Source of the DNA: Nemertoderma westbladi | Taxonomy: Eukaryota; Animalia; Xenacoelomorpha | Assembly (NCBI GenBank): GCA_032718475.1 | Contig: JAUCBJ010005653.1 | Location: 6,447 to 70,446 of the forward strand | Direction: 5' to 3' | Length of the DNA: 64,000 bases | Shown: positions 54,801 to 64,000 of the stretch, one piece after another | How positions within the stretch are numbered: the stretch's first letter is position 1 | How the letters are laid out: every line of letters begins with the position of its first letter | Notes under the pieces: model-generated | Told to the model about the DNA's origin: nothing | The model's input: the letters and a program-made list of their open reading frames with translations, nothing else | The model's database searches: none | Translations under genes and position numbers: made by a program

Positions 54801-57800
54801 CTGCCAGTAAGTAGGCCTCGCTGTCACCCTCCCACCCCGTAACTCTTTCAGCTCGTTCACCAACATCTTCTCCAACGGGTACCCCGAACGCGCGCACACA
54901 TGATCCGAAGCTGTCAACGTGCCGCTAACGGCCGGACACAAATCGTTTCCCCCATCACCAACGTAAATCTTACTAACGTAAGTTATTCCTTCACGTTTCG
55001 AACATTCCACAAAGTCGTTAACAGCCTGAGACTTACACAGAGTTCTAGGGCATCTTTCGCATTGAGTATCGTGGAAGTTCTCAACCATCAAACAGGGACA
55101 GGAAGCCTCGTTAAAGAACGCAGTGTGGCTGAGAACAGCCTTGGGGACATTGGCTAAATCGTTCTCCGTTAGGATAACATCGATAAACACAGTGTTCGAA
55201 TCCGAAACGATAACTGTGTCGATATAATCTTTCCTCAGACGAGCGAATTTCATCAACTGACTAATTCCTTTTACCAGAGGGAATTTCCTCAGAAATGATT
55301 TTATTTGCTGAGGTTTGACTCCCAGATCTGCCAACGCGGTCAGTTGGTCCTGGATGTAGGTTCGCCAACATCTGTGACCCAGACGGTATCTGTCTACGAT
55401 GTCCTTCGGGATGCTCTCAGAAGGAAATAAACTTTCTAGAAGCTCAGAATTTCCATCTATTATCGTGTTATCGAAATCTAATAGAAGTAGTAGTTTCTGA
55501 TGGGAAATTTGAATAGGAGCCATAAACATAAATTAATTATATTACAAAAGAAATAAAAGGAAGAACAATTAGGCCAAATATATAAAAACTAAACAACAAA
55601 AACTAAACAACATGCACTAGTACACAGCCGACGACCCTATCGTGGTCCTATTTGCTAAGAATCAATAATAACATCAGATCTGGAGGAACGGCAGCCAACT
55701 ACGTACAGACGTTAGGTATAGGCCTATACAATCTGACAATACTGCAATACACGGTACTGCTCAAATCAGCAAGTATAACAGTATAACCGTATATGACAGT
55801 ATGATGTAACCCTAACTAAATTAACAAACCAATTACCTACCACGCCACCGGAAGCCCAGAAGCAGACATGGCTAAGCAGCTATGGCAGGCTGCGCTGCAA
55901 GGTAGTTCATAGTTGGTAGTACAGTAGTTTGGCAGTACCGGTACATTAAGAGGGTTACTGTCAGGCAGTAACAGACTGACATAACTGAGCTGCAATTGAA
56001 TACATTTATTTAATTGGCTGCAGTAGTCCTACTGTACCGGTACCCAGTTGCGATACCGGTAGCATTGCAATAAGCGATGCCCTATGCATCTACGTTAATA
56101 TGCTCCTATTGCTGTATGTATTGTAGTACCGGTAATAAGACCTGGCAACATCACAATGATCACATTCAACATTACAGCATTAGGCCTACTGCTGTACTGC
56201 ATGTACCGGTACTGAAAATGGTTCACCTACCTCGCTCAAGTAGCTGACAATGACAAACTACATAATACTCCCTACTTACTGCCCTACCTACCTACTAATA
56301 TTCCTTACCTATCGCCACTAGCTGACTAGCACTACATTAAATCGATGCCTGTCAGCTTCTAATACACCAATACAAACTGACAAACGAAATACTCAAATAC
56401 TGAAATAGGCCTTATAAAAAAATGAAAAGTAAATAGCATATTACAGTATTACATACAGTAAATGTGGTATATAATATATACCATTTCGCATATTACCTGA
56501 TTACCGCATGGCAGGACTACAGTACTGCAGGCGTGTCTGTACAATCTTCACTTCAGACCTGTAGGTAGAGAAATAATATTGTATTATTGTTTGTGTTGGT
56601 CGCTAGGAAACGATATATTATAATCATGTAGAAATCACCTGTCCGGATTTTGAAGCAATACTTTTAGTACTAGTAGGCCTACATAACAGTAAACCGTTAA
56701 TAATTAATTAATAGCCAGGGTATTCATTTAATCGTCCTACAACTCCCATGCTGTTTATGCAAAATAAATGGAGCCACCGAGTTTGGAGTAAGAACTGTTT
56801 AAAACTTGTGGGTGTGTAAACCCACATAAATACAACCCCCAGTCCCTGTTTTATCTCTCCATTTATCACTCTATTTACGTAACGGTATTAACGAACCATG
56901 GAGGAATACTTGAAATCAATACATCATATATTGGGTAAATTACTGTTATTTTTATCAAAAATTTTAATAACATATAATTATATGAATGTAATGTTATTGG
57001 TTAAATATAAAATATGAATGTGAACATTATTTAAAACTACATATGAAACCTATCTGTGGAAAATGGAAATGAGTTTTCTTGAGGCAATTTCTCAAATTAC
57101 TGTATATCCTGCATGAATAGTGAATACTACTACTACTACTAGGTCGAGCAAACTCGGACAGTGGAAATGAGATCCTTCCATGCTTCCCGATTCTCCATAG
57201 TTGTCGCAATTTCGTTTCTCCCAAGTTCAGTATCCCTTTCAAGTTGATCTATATATGTTATGGCCGGTCGTCCACGACTACGCTTTCCATGAGTTGGTTG
57301 CCAGAGAAGTAGATCTGGTATGATCTCGTCTTTACTTCGCCAGCAGTGCCCACTGATACAGGTGGTATTGTACCATAAATCTCGGCGTTTGTCATGTGTT
57401 GTTTCCAGCTCATGTTTAGGGCTGCCCTTAGTAGTCTTGTGTAGCAACCATCAACTCGTTGTTCAAGTGATTTAGTCAGTGTCCAGGTATCACCCCCGTA
57501 TAAAAATACACTTTCCACTGTGGCTCGAAAGAACTTAGTCTTCAGGTGCCTGGAGAGATCTGATTTCCAGATGGTATCCATTTTTGATAGAGCTACCCAA
57601 GCCTTTGCTTTCCTAACTTCTATGTCCTTTTTGCTACTCTCTATCCATGATCCAAGGTACTGGAAGTCAACGACCTTCCTTAGTTGATTATTATCAATGG
57701 TTGTCAAGTTTTCATCAACATTAATGGTCATGAATTCGGTCTTTGTAGCATTTATATGCAATCCAACCTCCTTAGCAGCCCTCTCCACTTTATTTAGTAG

Positions 57801-59485
57801 AAGCTGTGCATCTGCTAGCGTATTAGAGAGCAGGGCGATGTCATCCGCAAAGTCTGTGTCAGTGACTGTAGTTGCCGGATATCTACTACTTCTGCGTTCT
57901 TGAAGTGTGAATCCCAGGTCTTCACCCTTTGTGGCCGTCCTCATTGCGTAATCCAGCACAATTACAAATAGTATTGGTGCTAATGTGTCACCTTGCAGTA
58001 CGTCAACCAGGATTGAGAAAACTCAGTTTCACCATCTGGTGAGAGTACCTGCGCTTCTGTGTTACAATATCCAATGCCAGCAACAATTACTTTTGGTATT
58101 CCATAAGCTCTTAGGATTTCAAGCATTTTACCTCTATGGATGGAGTCGAATGCCTTCTTTAAGTCCACAAAAGTCATGACTGCGGGGAGATTCTTTGACT
58201 TAATTCCTTCAATCAGTCTCCGTAGTGCAAGTATCTGAGCTATTGTTGATCTACTTGGTCGAAATCCGTTTTGGCTCTTACGCAGTAGTTTCTCTATGTG
58301 AGGCCTAATCCTATATAGAATCTTTTTATTGTACAGTATATATGAATTATCGAATGATTTTATCGAATAGTGAATAGATAAGTAAATGTAAAATAGTAAG
58401 AGTTTGCATTTCATTTTCATAAATCATCGATAAATCGATAAATCAGATTAAAAGATCGTTTTTTTTTAGTAAACGTTAAACTGTTATAAATTGTTTTTTT
58501 AGGTATTCGATTTTTAAACGGTCAGTTTCTTTATGGTAAACAGATGCGGGTGGCAGTGTCGAAATATCTGAGCGTTCAGATGCCCAAAGAGGGGTCCCAA
58601 CAATCAGTTGAGGCTGAACTCACAAAGGACTACTCCGGATCGCAACTACATCGCTTTAAAAAACCTGGTTCGAAAAACTACCAGAACATTTACCCCCCTT
58701 CTAACTGCCTTCATTTATCTAACATACCGTTAGTATTTATAGCAAATTTGTTGATGTGACTTAGAATTAAAAATGATTATATATACCCCACTGTAGGCAT
58801 CTAGGCCTACTGTAAACAACATTTTGTGAAACATACTGTACTGTAGTTATTATTCAGTTACCTGCATGCACACCCCCCCCCCCCCCCCCCCCCCTCCTGT
58901 ACCAAATAAGATTGCATGAAATTTGAAACATAGTGTGTTTCATCTCCCTCCTCCTTACCTTGCTTTCAATCTTTAGCTAAAAGCGTTTAAAAACAGTGTC
59001 TACTGCGATATTGAACCAGTTACACCGAAGTTATTCTTCAACCTTTTAGTGATTTGTCGTGCTGATTATAAAAATGATTATAAATGATTATATGATTAAA
59101 TGATTAAAAGATTAAAAGATTAAATGATTAATGATTATAAAAACTCATATTCTCTACCGCATATTAATATAGAATTATGATTTATTTGTAAAACGTTTCG
59201 ATATGTTATTCATTCATATTAAATAATTCAGTTCTAAAATTAAATAAAATTAACTGAAAAATTAATGACCCAATTTACCTACCTACTGTAATTATAATCC
59301 TACGAAAGAAAGCACAGCAGTCTACATAAAAATACTGTAGGCCTAGGAAAAGTGATGTAACTACTGTATTTGTAGAAATTTTCACATAATTTGTTTTAAT
59401 CCTTTAGGGATCACACAACTGAAGAAATTATAACCCAAGCGTTTCAAAGTGCAGATTGCGAAGTTGAGGACTTTCGATTTTTCGC
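33776..59485 (+). CDS. PTBP1: Polypyrimidine tract-binding protein (PTBP1/2/3, hephaestus family), multi-exon gene span; the first exon is uncertain and the last coding exon lies beyond the window
   Basis: The GT-AG exons listed below join in consistent phase. Their translation matches PTB hallmarks: [94 protein letters not shown]. Most intron positions match those I recall for human PTBP1. Confidence 0.97.
34316..34341 (+). CDS. PTBP1: PTBP 26-nt microexon (GIASNEAKK), second half of the NLS
   Basis: Acceptor ttttag, donor aag|gtaagc, phase 1 to 0. Resembles human NGNDSKK. Confidence 0.8.
35437..35596 (+). repeat. 20-bp perfect tandem repeat (gaagatgtgtctccgacacc), 8 copies
   Basis: Read directly from the sequence. 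Confidence 0.97.
37608..37874 (+). mobile_element. Non-autonomous Helitron
   Basis: 5' end A|TC (tctatacctataaaa), a (CT)n tract, and a GC-rich 3' hairpin followed by CTAG|T. Confidence 0.65.
41021..41182 (+). CDS. PTBP1: PTBP exon, RRM1 N-terminal half
   Basis: VKLDPKP...[40 protein letters not shown]; tag| and |gtgaga sites. Confidence 0.96.
42131..42187 (-). ncRNA. Minimal type I hammerhead ribozyme motif of Penelope/retrozyme type
   Basis: The minus strand reads gcca-CTGATGA-a-ggcc...ggtt-GAAA-tat-t-tggc: intact core, 4-bp stem I and a palindromic ATAT stem III. Confidence 0.55.
42310..42540 (+). mobile_element. tRNA-derived SINE
   Basis: Degenerate tRNA head and central domain actcagcctttcatcc...ggggtcgataaaatgagtacc, which I recognise as widespread in metazoan SINEs. 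T-rich tail. Confidence 0.6.
43374..43520 (+). CDS. PTBP1: PTBP exon, RRM1 C-terminal half
   Basis: [49 protein letters not shown]; tag| and |gtaggt sites. Confidence 0.96.
43982..44155 (+). CDS. PTBP1: PTBP exon A: linker plus RRM2 beta1-alpha1, variant A
   Basis: [15 protein letters not shown]...[24 protein letters not shown]; phase 0-0; tag| and cag|gtgatt sites. Confidence 0.9.
44215..44307 (+). CDS. PTBP1: PTBP exon B: duplicated RRM2 beta1-alpha1, variant B
   Basis: [31 protein letters not shown]; phase 0-0; tttcccag| and cag|gtaaaa sites. Absent from the ORF track. Confidence 0.9.
44657..45110. mobile_element. Short element bounded by imperfect inverted repeats
   Basis: ctagaaagccagcaagctggct versus agccagctggctggcttttctag. 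Confidence 0.45.
47262..47369 (+). CDS. PTBP1: PTBP exon, RRM2 core
   Basis: [36 protein letters not shown]; donor |gtaagt. Confidence 0.97.
49058..49238 (+). CDS. PTBP1: PTBP exon, RRM2 C-terminal part
   Basis: [46 protein letters not shown]...; phase 0 to 1. Confidence 0.96.
49600..49802 (+). CDS. PTBP1: PTBP exon, RRM2-RRM3 linker and RRM3 beta1
   Basis: Ala-rich linker ending [12 protein letters not shown]; cag| and |gtaagt sites; phase 1 to 0. Confidence 0.92.
50498..50531 (+). CDS. PTBP1: PTBP 34-nt exon ([11 protein letters not shown]), equivalent to PTBP1 exon 11 / PTBP2 exon 10
   Basis: Exactly 34 nt, phase 0 to 1, aligns with human RVTPQSLFILFG; donor |gtatgt. Confidence 0.95.
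51610..51702 (+). CDS. PTBP1: PTBP exon, RRM3 core
   Basis: [31 protein letters not shown]; phase 1-1. Confidence 0.97.
51977..52980. mobile_element. hAT-like MITE
   Basis: TIRs tagtgtttaaacggga / tcccgtttaaaacacta, subterminal atcccg repeats, and attgata on both flanks (imperfect TSD). Confidence 0.5.
54741..55529 (-). CDS. PHOSPHO2: HAD-family phosphatase of the PHOSPHO1/PHOSPHO2 family (pyridoxal-phosphate / phosphoethanolamine / phosphocholine phosphatase-like), nested in a PTBP intron
   Basis: Intact 262-aa single-exon ORF with DFDNTIID (motif I), VSDSNTVFI (motif II), [10 protein letters not shown] (motif III) and [11 protein letters not shown] (motif IV). A minus-strand AATAAA lies at 54367-54372. 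Confidence 0.92.
   Translation of the reverse strand: MFMAPIQISHQKLLLLLDFDNTIIDGNSELLESLFPSESIPKDIVDRYRLGHRCWRTYIQDQLTALADLGVKPQQIKSFLRKFPLVKGISQLMKFARLRKDYIDTVIVSDSNTVFIDVILTENDLANVPKAVLSHTAFFNEASCPCLMVENFHDTQCERCPRTLCKSQAVNDFVECSKREGITYVSKIYVGDGGNDLCPAVSGTLTASDHVCARSGYPLEKMLVNELKELRGGRVTARPTYWQSGSQVLELLKSFVSVVPDY
57127..58315 (-). mobile_element. 5'-truncated RTE-like LINE with a (TAG)n tail
   Basis: [34 protein letters not shown] and FQYLGS motifs. The stop codon runs into tagtagtag. Confidence 0.92.
58503..58728 (+). CDS. PTBP1: PTBP exon, end of RRM3 to start of RRM4
   Basis: [20 protein letters not shown]...[28 protein letters not shown]; phase 1 to 2. Confidence 0.97.
59408..59485 (+). 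CDS. PTBP1: PTBP exon, RRM4 alpha1-beta2
   Basis: [25 protein letters not shown]; 78 nt, phase 2-2; donor |gtgagt. Confidence 0.93.
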
Positions 59486-61304
59486 GTGAGTTCTTGTGTT
59501 CTTTAGTAATTTCCAACTTGGCCTCTTGAGAAGGCCACCTAAGGATAAACTTCCTTCAAGTTATTACTATTATTATTATTAAGAGCTTATAGTACGGAGC
59601 CCCAAAAGGGACATTTGTGAAGAATTATATTTTTTTATTAAAACGTTCGCACGTGTTCTAATACATTCGCAAGAGTTACTAAGACGTTCGCACGTACGTG
59701 TTACCTAATACGTTCGAACGTATTAGCACAAAAATACTGAGCAATGTTCCAGCGGAACACTGCTATTAGTATCCGGCTGTCATATTGGCCTACTCTAGGT
59801 TGATGACAAGGGCTAATCCATACCCTAGTCTACAGTAGTTTGTTAGTCCTTTGTAAAAGCTTTTGTGGGATAACTGATACGTTTGCCTTTGCTGGCCAGT
59901 TCCCCCCCAGTCGCTAGAATACTCTCAAAGGGATTTATAACTAAAATAGTGCAAGCTACCAGCTTATTGGCTGATGTGCTGTACGGAGATATCTGGGCTC
60001 AGTTTAATCGGCCAACTAGCCTAGAGAGGTTGCCTAAGCCTTGTTGTCCGTGTCGGCCAATAGAATTTGCGTAGGCGTTGATTTCGACCTATCCCAGCGC
60101 TACTGAACTGAATTTCCTATCTCTATGCTCATCCTCTGTGTTGAACGGGAGCTTCGTGGAATAAGGGAGTTGGTATCTTCGTATAGAGCAGTAGTCACAT
60201 GTTTCTGTTGTTGTGTTCCCATTTTTCGCCATAACACCGGCTTTTTGAACAACTCTAGCAAAAACTGCTTAGATTATAGAAAGTATAACTGTTACCGGCG
60301 GTGTTACCTCACTTAATTTAACTGCACTAATCATATTGTTTGTACTGCTATTTACCGTCAGTTATTAATTGTATCTATTTGTTGATGGAAATATTGCTCT
60401 TTGGAGAATACGGATAAATCACCCAAAATTCCCAATTTTCTTGATACACTACAGGTTAGAGAGGCGGGCTATATATAACAATTGCGATTTATATCAATGT
60501 GGTGTGTATTGAATCTAATGTTATTTAGTAGACACTACCTGAGTCAATTGCTGTTCTCTTTATGTGTGATCAAATATACTGACGGTCGGCAGAATAGTGT
60601 GCATGATTGTGAGTGTGATGTGACTGGTAACAAAGCATTTCCTAAAGAATGCGACTTATACTTTAATCATAAGCCTTATCGTTGCGTTTAGTATAAGTCC
60701 TAGCTCTGTTTAAATAGATAGAGCGTCACGTCCTAAAGGAACTGTTAATATTTCCCGAAAGCCAATAATATCTGTCAGAGATTAATTATTAACGATCTAT
60801 CGAATAATACAGTAGGTATACACTGCAACCTTACACTGCAATAATAAAATTTAAGCATCCGAATTCAGTCTCCCGGGTGTAGATCCATCGGGTGAATGAT
60901 CGCGCATGGGCTGACTTCGGCTAATGTTTTGTGTATTAGCATAAATTGTTGTCGTATGCTAAAGGTGTTTTAATTAACGAAAAGACATATAAATTTTGGC
61001 AGGTTAAACTGCTAAAGGTCTTCAAAAGCGCGAACAGTAACAGTTATAATCTTATTGCAGTAGGCAATAAGGTTGCAAAATACCGTAGTAACCGGTATTT
61101 CTGTAGGTCTGTAAGCCCAACTGTCCTAGACCGGTACTGCTGTATAAGTAGATTAGTATTATTCGATTTTGATTATTGTATACCGGTAGGTCTTGGTACT
61201 TAATCAGGGAACGGCCGCCCTGATTTTTATTTGAGATTCTACTTATTTCTGTCGGTTTTATTTACTAGTAGGCTAATATTGAGCAGAAGGCGTGTGACCC
61301 TGCT

Positions 61305-61890
61305 CAGATTGTTCAGATAATTGTAGGCTGAGCTGCTGTCTGACTGTTGTTGAGTTTGGAGAGATTGCGGCGTGTGTAGAGTTTGTCTGATAAAGTGCCG
61401 TTAGTAAGTTGGGGCAGCCATATGCGGTAAGGTCAATCCCCTCTTAAAGAATAAGTCGTACTACCGTGTTAGAACGCATACTAACTAACAGTTTCAGAGT
61501 CTGCATATACTGTAGTTTATTTAGGCTTGATCGTAGTCTGCCAGTGTTTTAGCCTGTGTTTGTTTGTGTGGTCTGTTCAGGTACCGTAATAGTTATTACT
61601 CAAATATTTGTAGGCTGGATTGTTGTCTAGCTATTTTTAGGTCTGAAGGGATTGCTGCGTGTGTAGAGTTGGTCTGATAAAGTGCCGTTAGTAAGTTGGG
61701 GCAGCCATAAGCTGTAAGGTCAATCCCCTCTTAAAGAGTAAGTCGTACTACCGTGTTAGAACGCATACTAACTAACAGTTTCAGAATCTGCACATACTGT
61801 AGTTTGTTTAGGCTTGATAGTAGTTTGCCAGCGTTTGGTTTGTATTTGTTTGAGTATTCTGTACGGGTAGCGTAATATTTATTATTCAGA
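61305..61890 (+). repeat. Two ~287-bp direct repeats upstream of the 63199 ORF
   Basis: The block cgtgtgtagagtt...ttaggcttgat occurs at 61371 and again at 61658. Confidence 0.9.
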
Positions 61891-63198
61891 GTTTATGCGA
61901 TTATTCGCAACATTCATGTCCCCAAGTTTATTCCTACAGTAATTGTGCTTGTTATACATACCGTTATAGTTAAACTAACCCCGGTACTACATCAGGGCTG
62001 CTTGGCGTAGGTAAAGACTGACGACTTTGTGCTTCGGTCACTCCAGCAGATGCCGTGGTTCTTTTAACTGTTCAAGTATATTTAACTACTGATTATTTGT
62101 TATACCGGTACTTGTACCTAATTTAGGGTTTAGTGTACAGTGCTTTCCGAAGTAATTAGTGTAGGCAGTATATTTGTGTTGTAAAGTGGTTGATAGGCAC
62201 ATTCGTTAGCTCTATTAGCTTCTGGGTAGGAACAATCCGTGATACATAACGTAGTACCTATAGCGATACGGTTATAGGTCGTCAGGCGGTGGTATTTTCC
62301 TATCTGGACAACGCAGTATATTTACTACTACTTATTATTTAAATACCGTAGTACCCTGTCCTTTGTAATAACCAGAAATCTAACCCTTTGTTGGACTGGT
62401 TTGTAGACTTCCTGTAAAATTACCCTAAAAATTTCGTACGTAATATTTTGTTGTGTTTAATTAGAGAATTAATCTCACCCGTATCGTAAGTAATTTGTAG
62501 TATTAAGTAACTTAGGTAAATTAGAATTATCAGTTTTAGTGTCAAATAAATAGCACTTCACTTAGAGGCGTTCAGCTTCTGTGTAGTGACTCCCCCAGAA
62601 ATAATAACATTTATTTCAAATATTGACAAAAACCCATTTAAACGGGTATATAAATATTATAAATCAAATCAAACGATTTATAAATAGTAGGCCTGCCATA
62701 CGACAACTAGGTCTCACTATCAGTTGGACTACTGCTTAAATAACGGTAATAAAGTAAGTTAAAGTAACTAAGTAACCCTAAAATATTCAGGAATTCAATT
62801 ATTCTAAAAATAATTGACATACCGGTACTTACCATAGGCTTATTATATTTATTTCTATAAATTTGAGCTGAAATCATACCGGTACTCTGTAATTAATTCT
62901 AGTTCATAATTATACTTACATGCTGTAAGTGTAAGCTGTATACCGGTATTCATTATAGGCCTACTATATATTATATATATATTTGTGCTAAAATTATATA
63001 CCGGTACTCTGTGACAAATCTAGTCTGTAATAATACTTATATATTATAAGCATACCGGTATTCTAATATATTGTGTATATATCACGTTACACCGAGTAAC
63101 GGTACCGGTAATAAATCGCTAGGCTTGCGGTCATACTGAATTACTAGACTTGCTTTAACTGAAAATATAGTAGTAGACATTCAACTGTATAACTAAAC

Positions 63199-64000
63199 AT
63201 GTCTGACACTCAGCAAAACCTGTCGGACAGTCTGATCGATACAACTATTTGTGATTCAGATAGGAGTGTGGAGCGAATAAGAAAGGAGTTCGGCTCACCT
63301 CCTACTGTAAAAAAGGTCATCCCTCCAGTAGTATCAGACCCTAGGCTAGTCCACCATAGGTCCATCATAGGCACTAGGGCACAGGTAAAACGGGACCAAG
63401 AGGCAGTTGTCTTATCGCAGCAACATCTTGGTCAAGAACCTACTTCCCAGCGACCCGATAGCTCCAGCAGTTCGGATACTGTAGAGCTGACTCCCGAACA
63501 TGGAGTGCAGATGTCTGATACAGTCTACTCGGACCCCCTTCTTACTCTTCCTGCTGCAGTGCTAACTACTATATTCATTGCGGTGGAGGAACATCAAGCC
63601 GACTGGGCGAAGAATAAGCGAGCGACCCAAGATAATTACGCGGGATACGCCAGGGAAGAATTGATATCTATTGTTGAATCACAATGGAACTTTCCCGGAC
63701 TCGGACTTCCGTTGGATATGTCCGAGGCTACTTGGGAAGAGCTACACAGGATGGGAGTGGCTAAAGATACAATGGATCCAGCTGTTTGGAAGAGGTCGGC
63801 AGCAGGATATGTGCAGGGATTCTTCGGATCCTTAGAGCGATTGGAAGAACAACTGTTTCGACAACCTCACGGACCTCAAGAGCAGGAAGAGCTGCTATAC
63901 CAAGTACGCGAAAGAACCCTACGCATTCGACTAATCCTCTCAGCCTTTGAGGAAACTTCCAAAAGAAGACAGGACACTTCGCTGCAGGTTGCTGTCAAAA
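63199..64000 (+). CDS. ORF of at least 267 codons running off the window end; probably a retroelement Gag/ORF1 inside the last PTBP intron
   Basis: ATG at 63199 with no stop to the window end (MSDTQQNLSDSLIDTTICDSDRS...). GC content is higher than the flanks. No diagnostic motif is visible. Confidence 0.5.
   Translation, partial: MSDTQQNLSDSLIDTTICDSDRSVERIRKEFGSPPTVKKVIPPVVSDPRLVHHRSIIGTRAQVKRDQEAVVLSQQHLGQEPTSQRPDSSSSSDTVELTPEHGVQMSDTVYSDPLLTLPAAVLTTIFIAVEEHQADWAKNKRATQDNYAGYAREELISIVESQWNFPGLGLPLDMSEATWEELHRMGVAKDTMDPAVWKRSAAGYVQGFFGSLERLEEQLFRQPHGPQEQEELLYQVRERTLRIRLILSAFEETSKRRQDTSLQVAVK

Noticed and set aside
60290-60631. LTR bounded by tgttacc...ggtaaca
   Set aside because: No recognisable PBS follows it and no second copy exists in the window, so it cannot be supported.

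Overview
AT-rich, intron-rich animal (invertebrate-like) genomic DNA with no prokaryotic features. Bases 1-21 kb are a nest of decayed transposons: a Helentron-like element with ~455-bp internal repeats, a BEL/Pao LTR retrotransposon split by a 3-kb TIR element, an RTE-like LINE, two inverted piggyBac-like MITEs and minisatellites. From ~27-34 kb to beyond the window end lies a + strand polypyrimidine tract-binding protein gene (PTBP/hephaestus), which I reconstructed exon by exon from GT-AG sites and reading phase; its last coding exon is outside the window. Main points of interest: (1) a tandemly duplicated, probably mutually exclusive exon pair encoding RRM2 beta1-alpha1 that swaps Cys for Tyr at the human Y193-equivalent cofactor-binding position; (2) the conserved 34-nt exon whose skipping creates an NMD-type stop; (3) an intact PHOSPHO2-like phosphatase nested antisense in a PTBP intron; (4) pervasive TA-xxx-TA words that look like DNA-transposon excision footprints; (5) Penelope-type hammerhead motifs; (6) an unlisted ORF of at least 267 codons running off the right end. 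All family assignments rest on motif recognition by eye; no searches were run.
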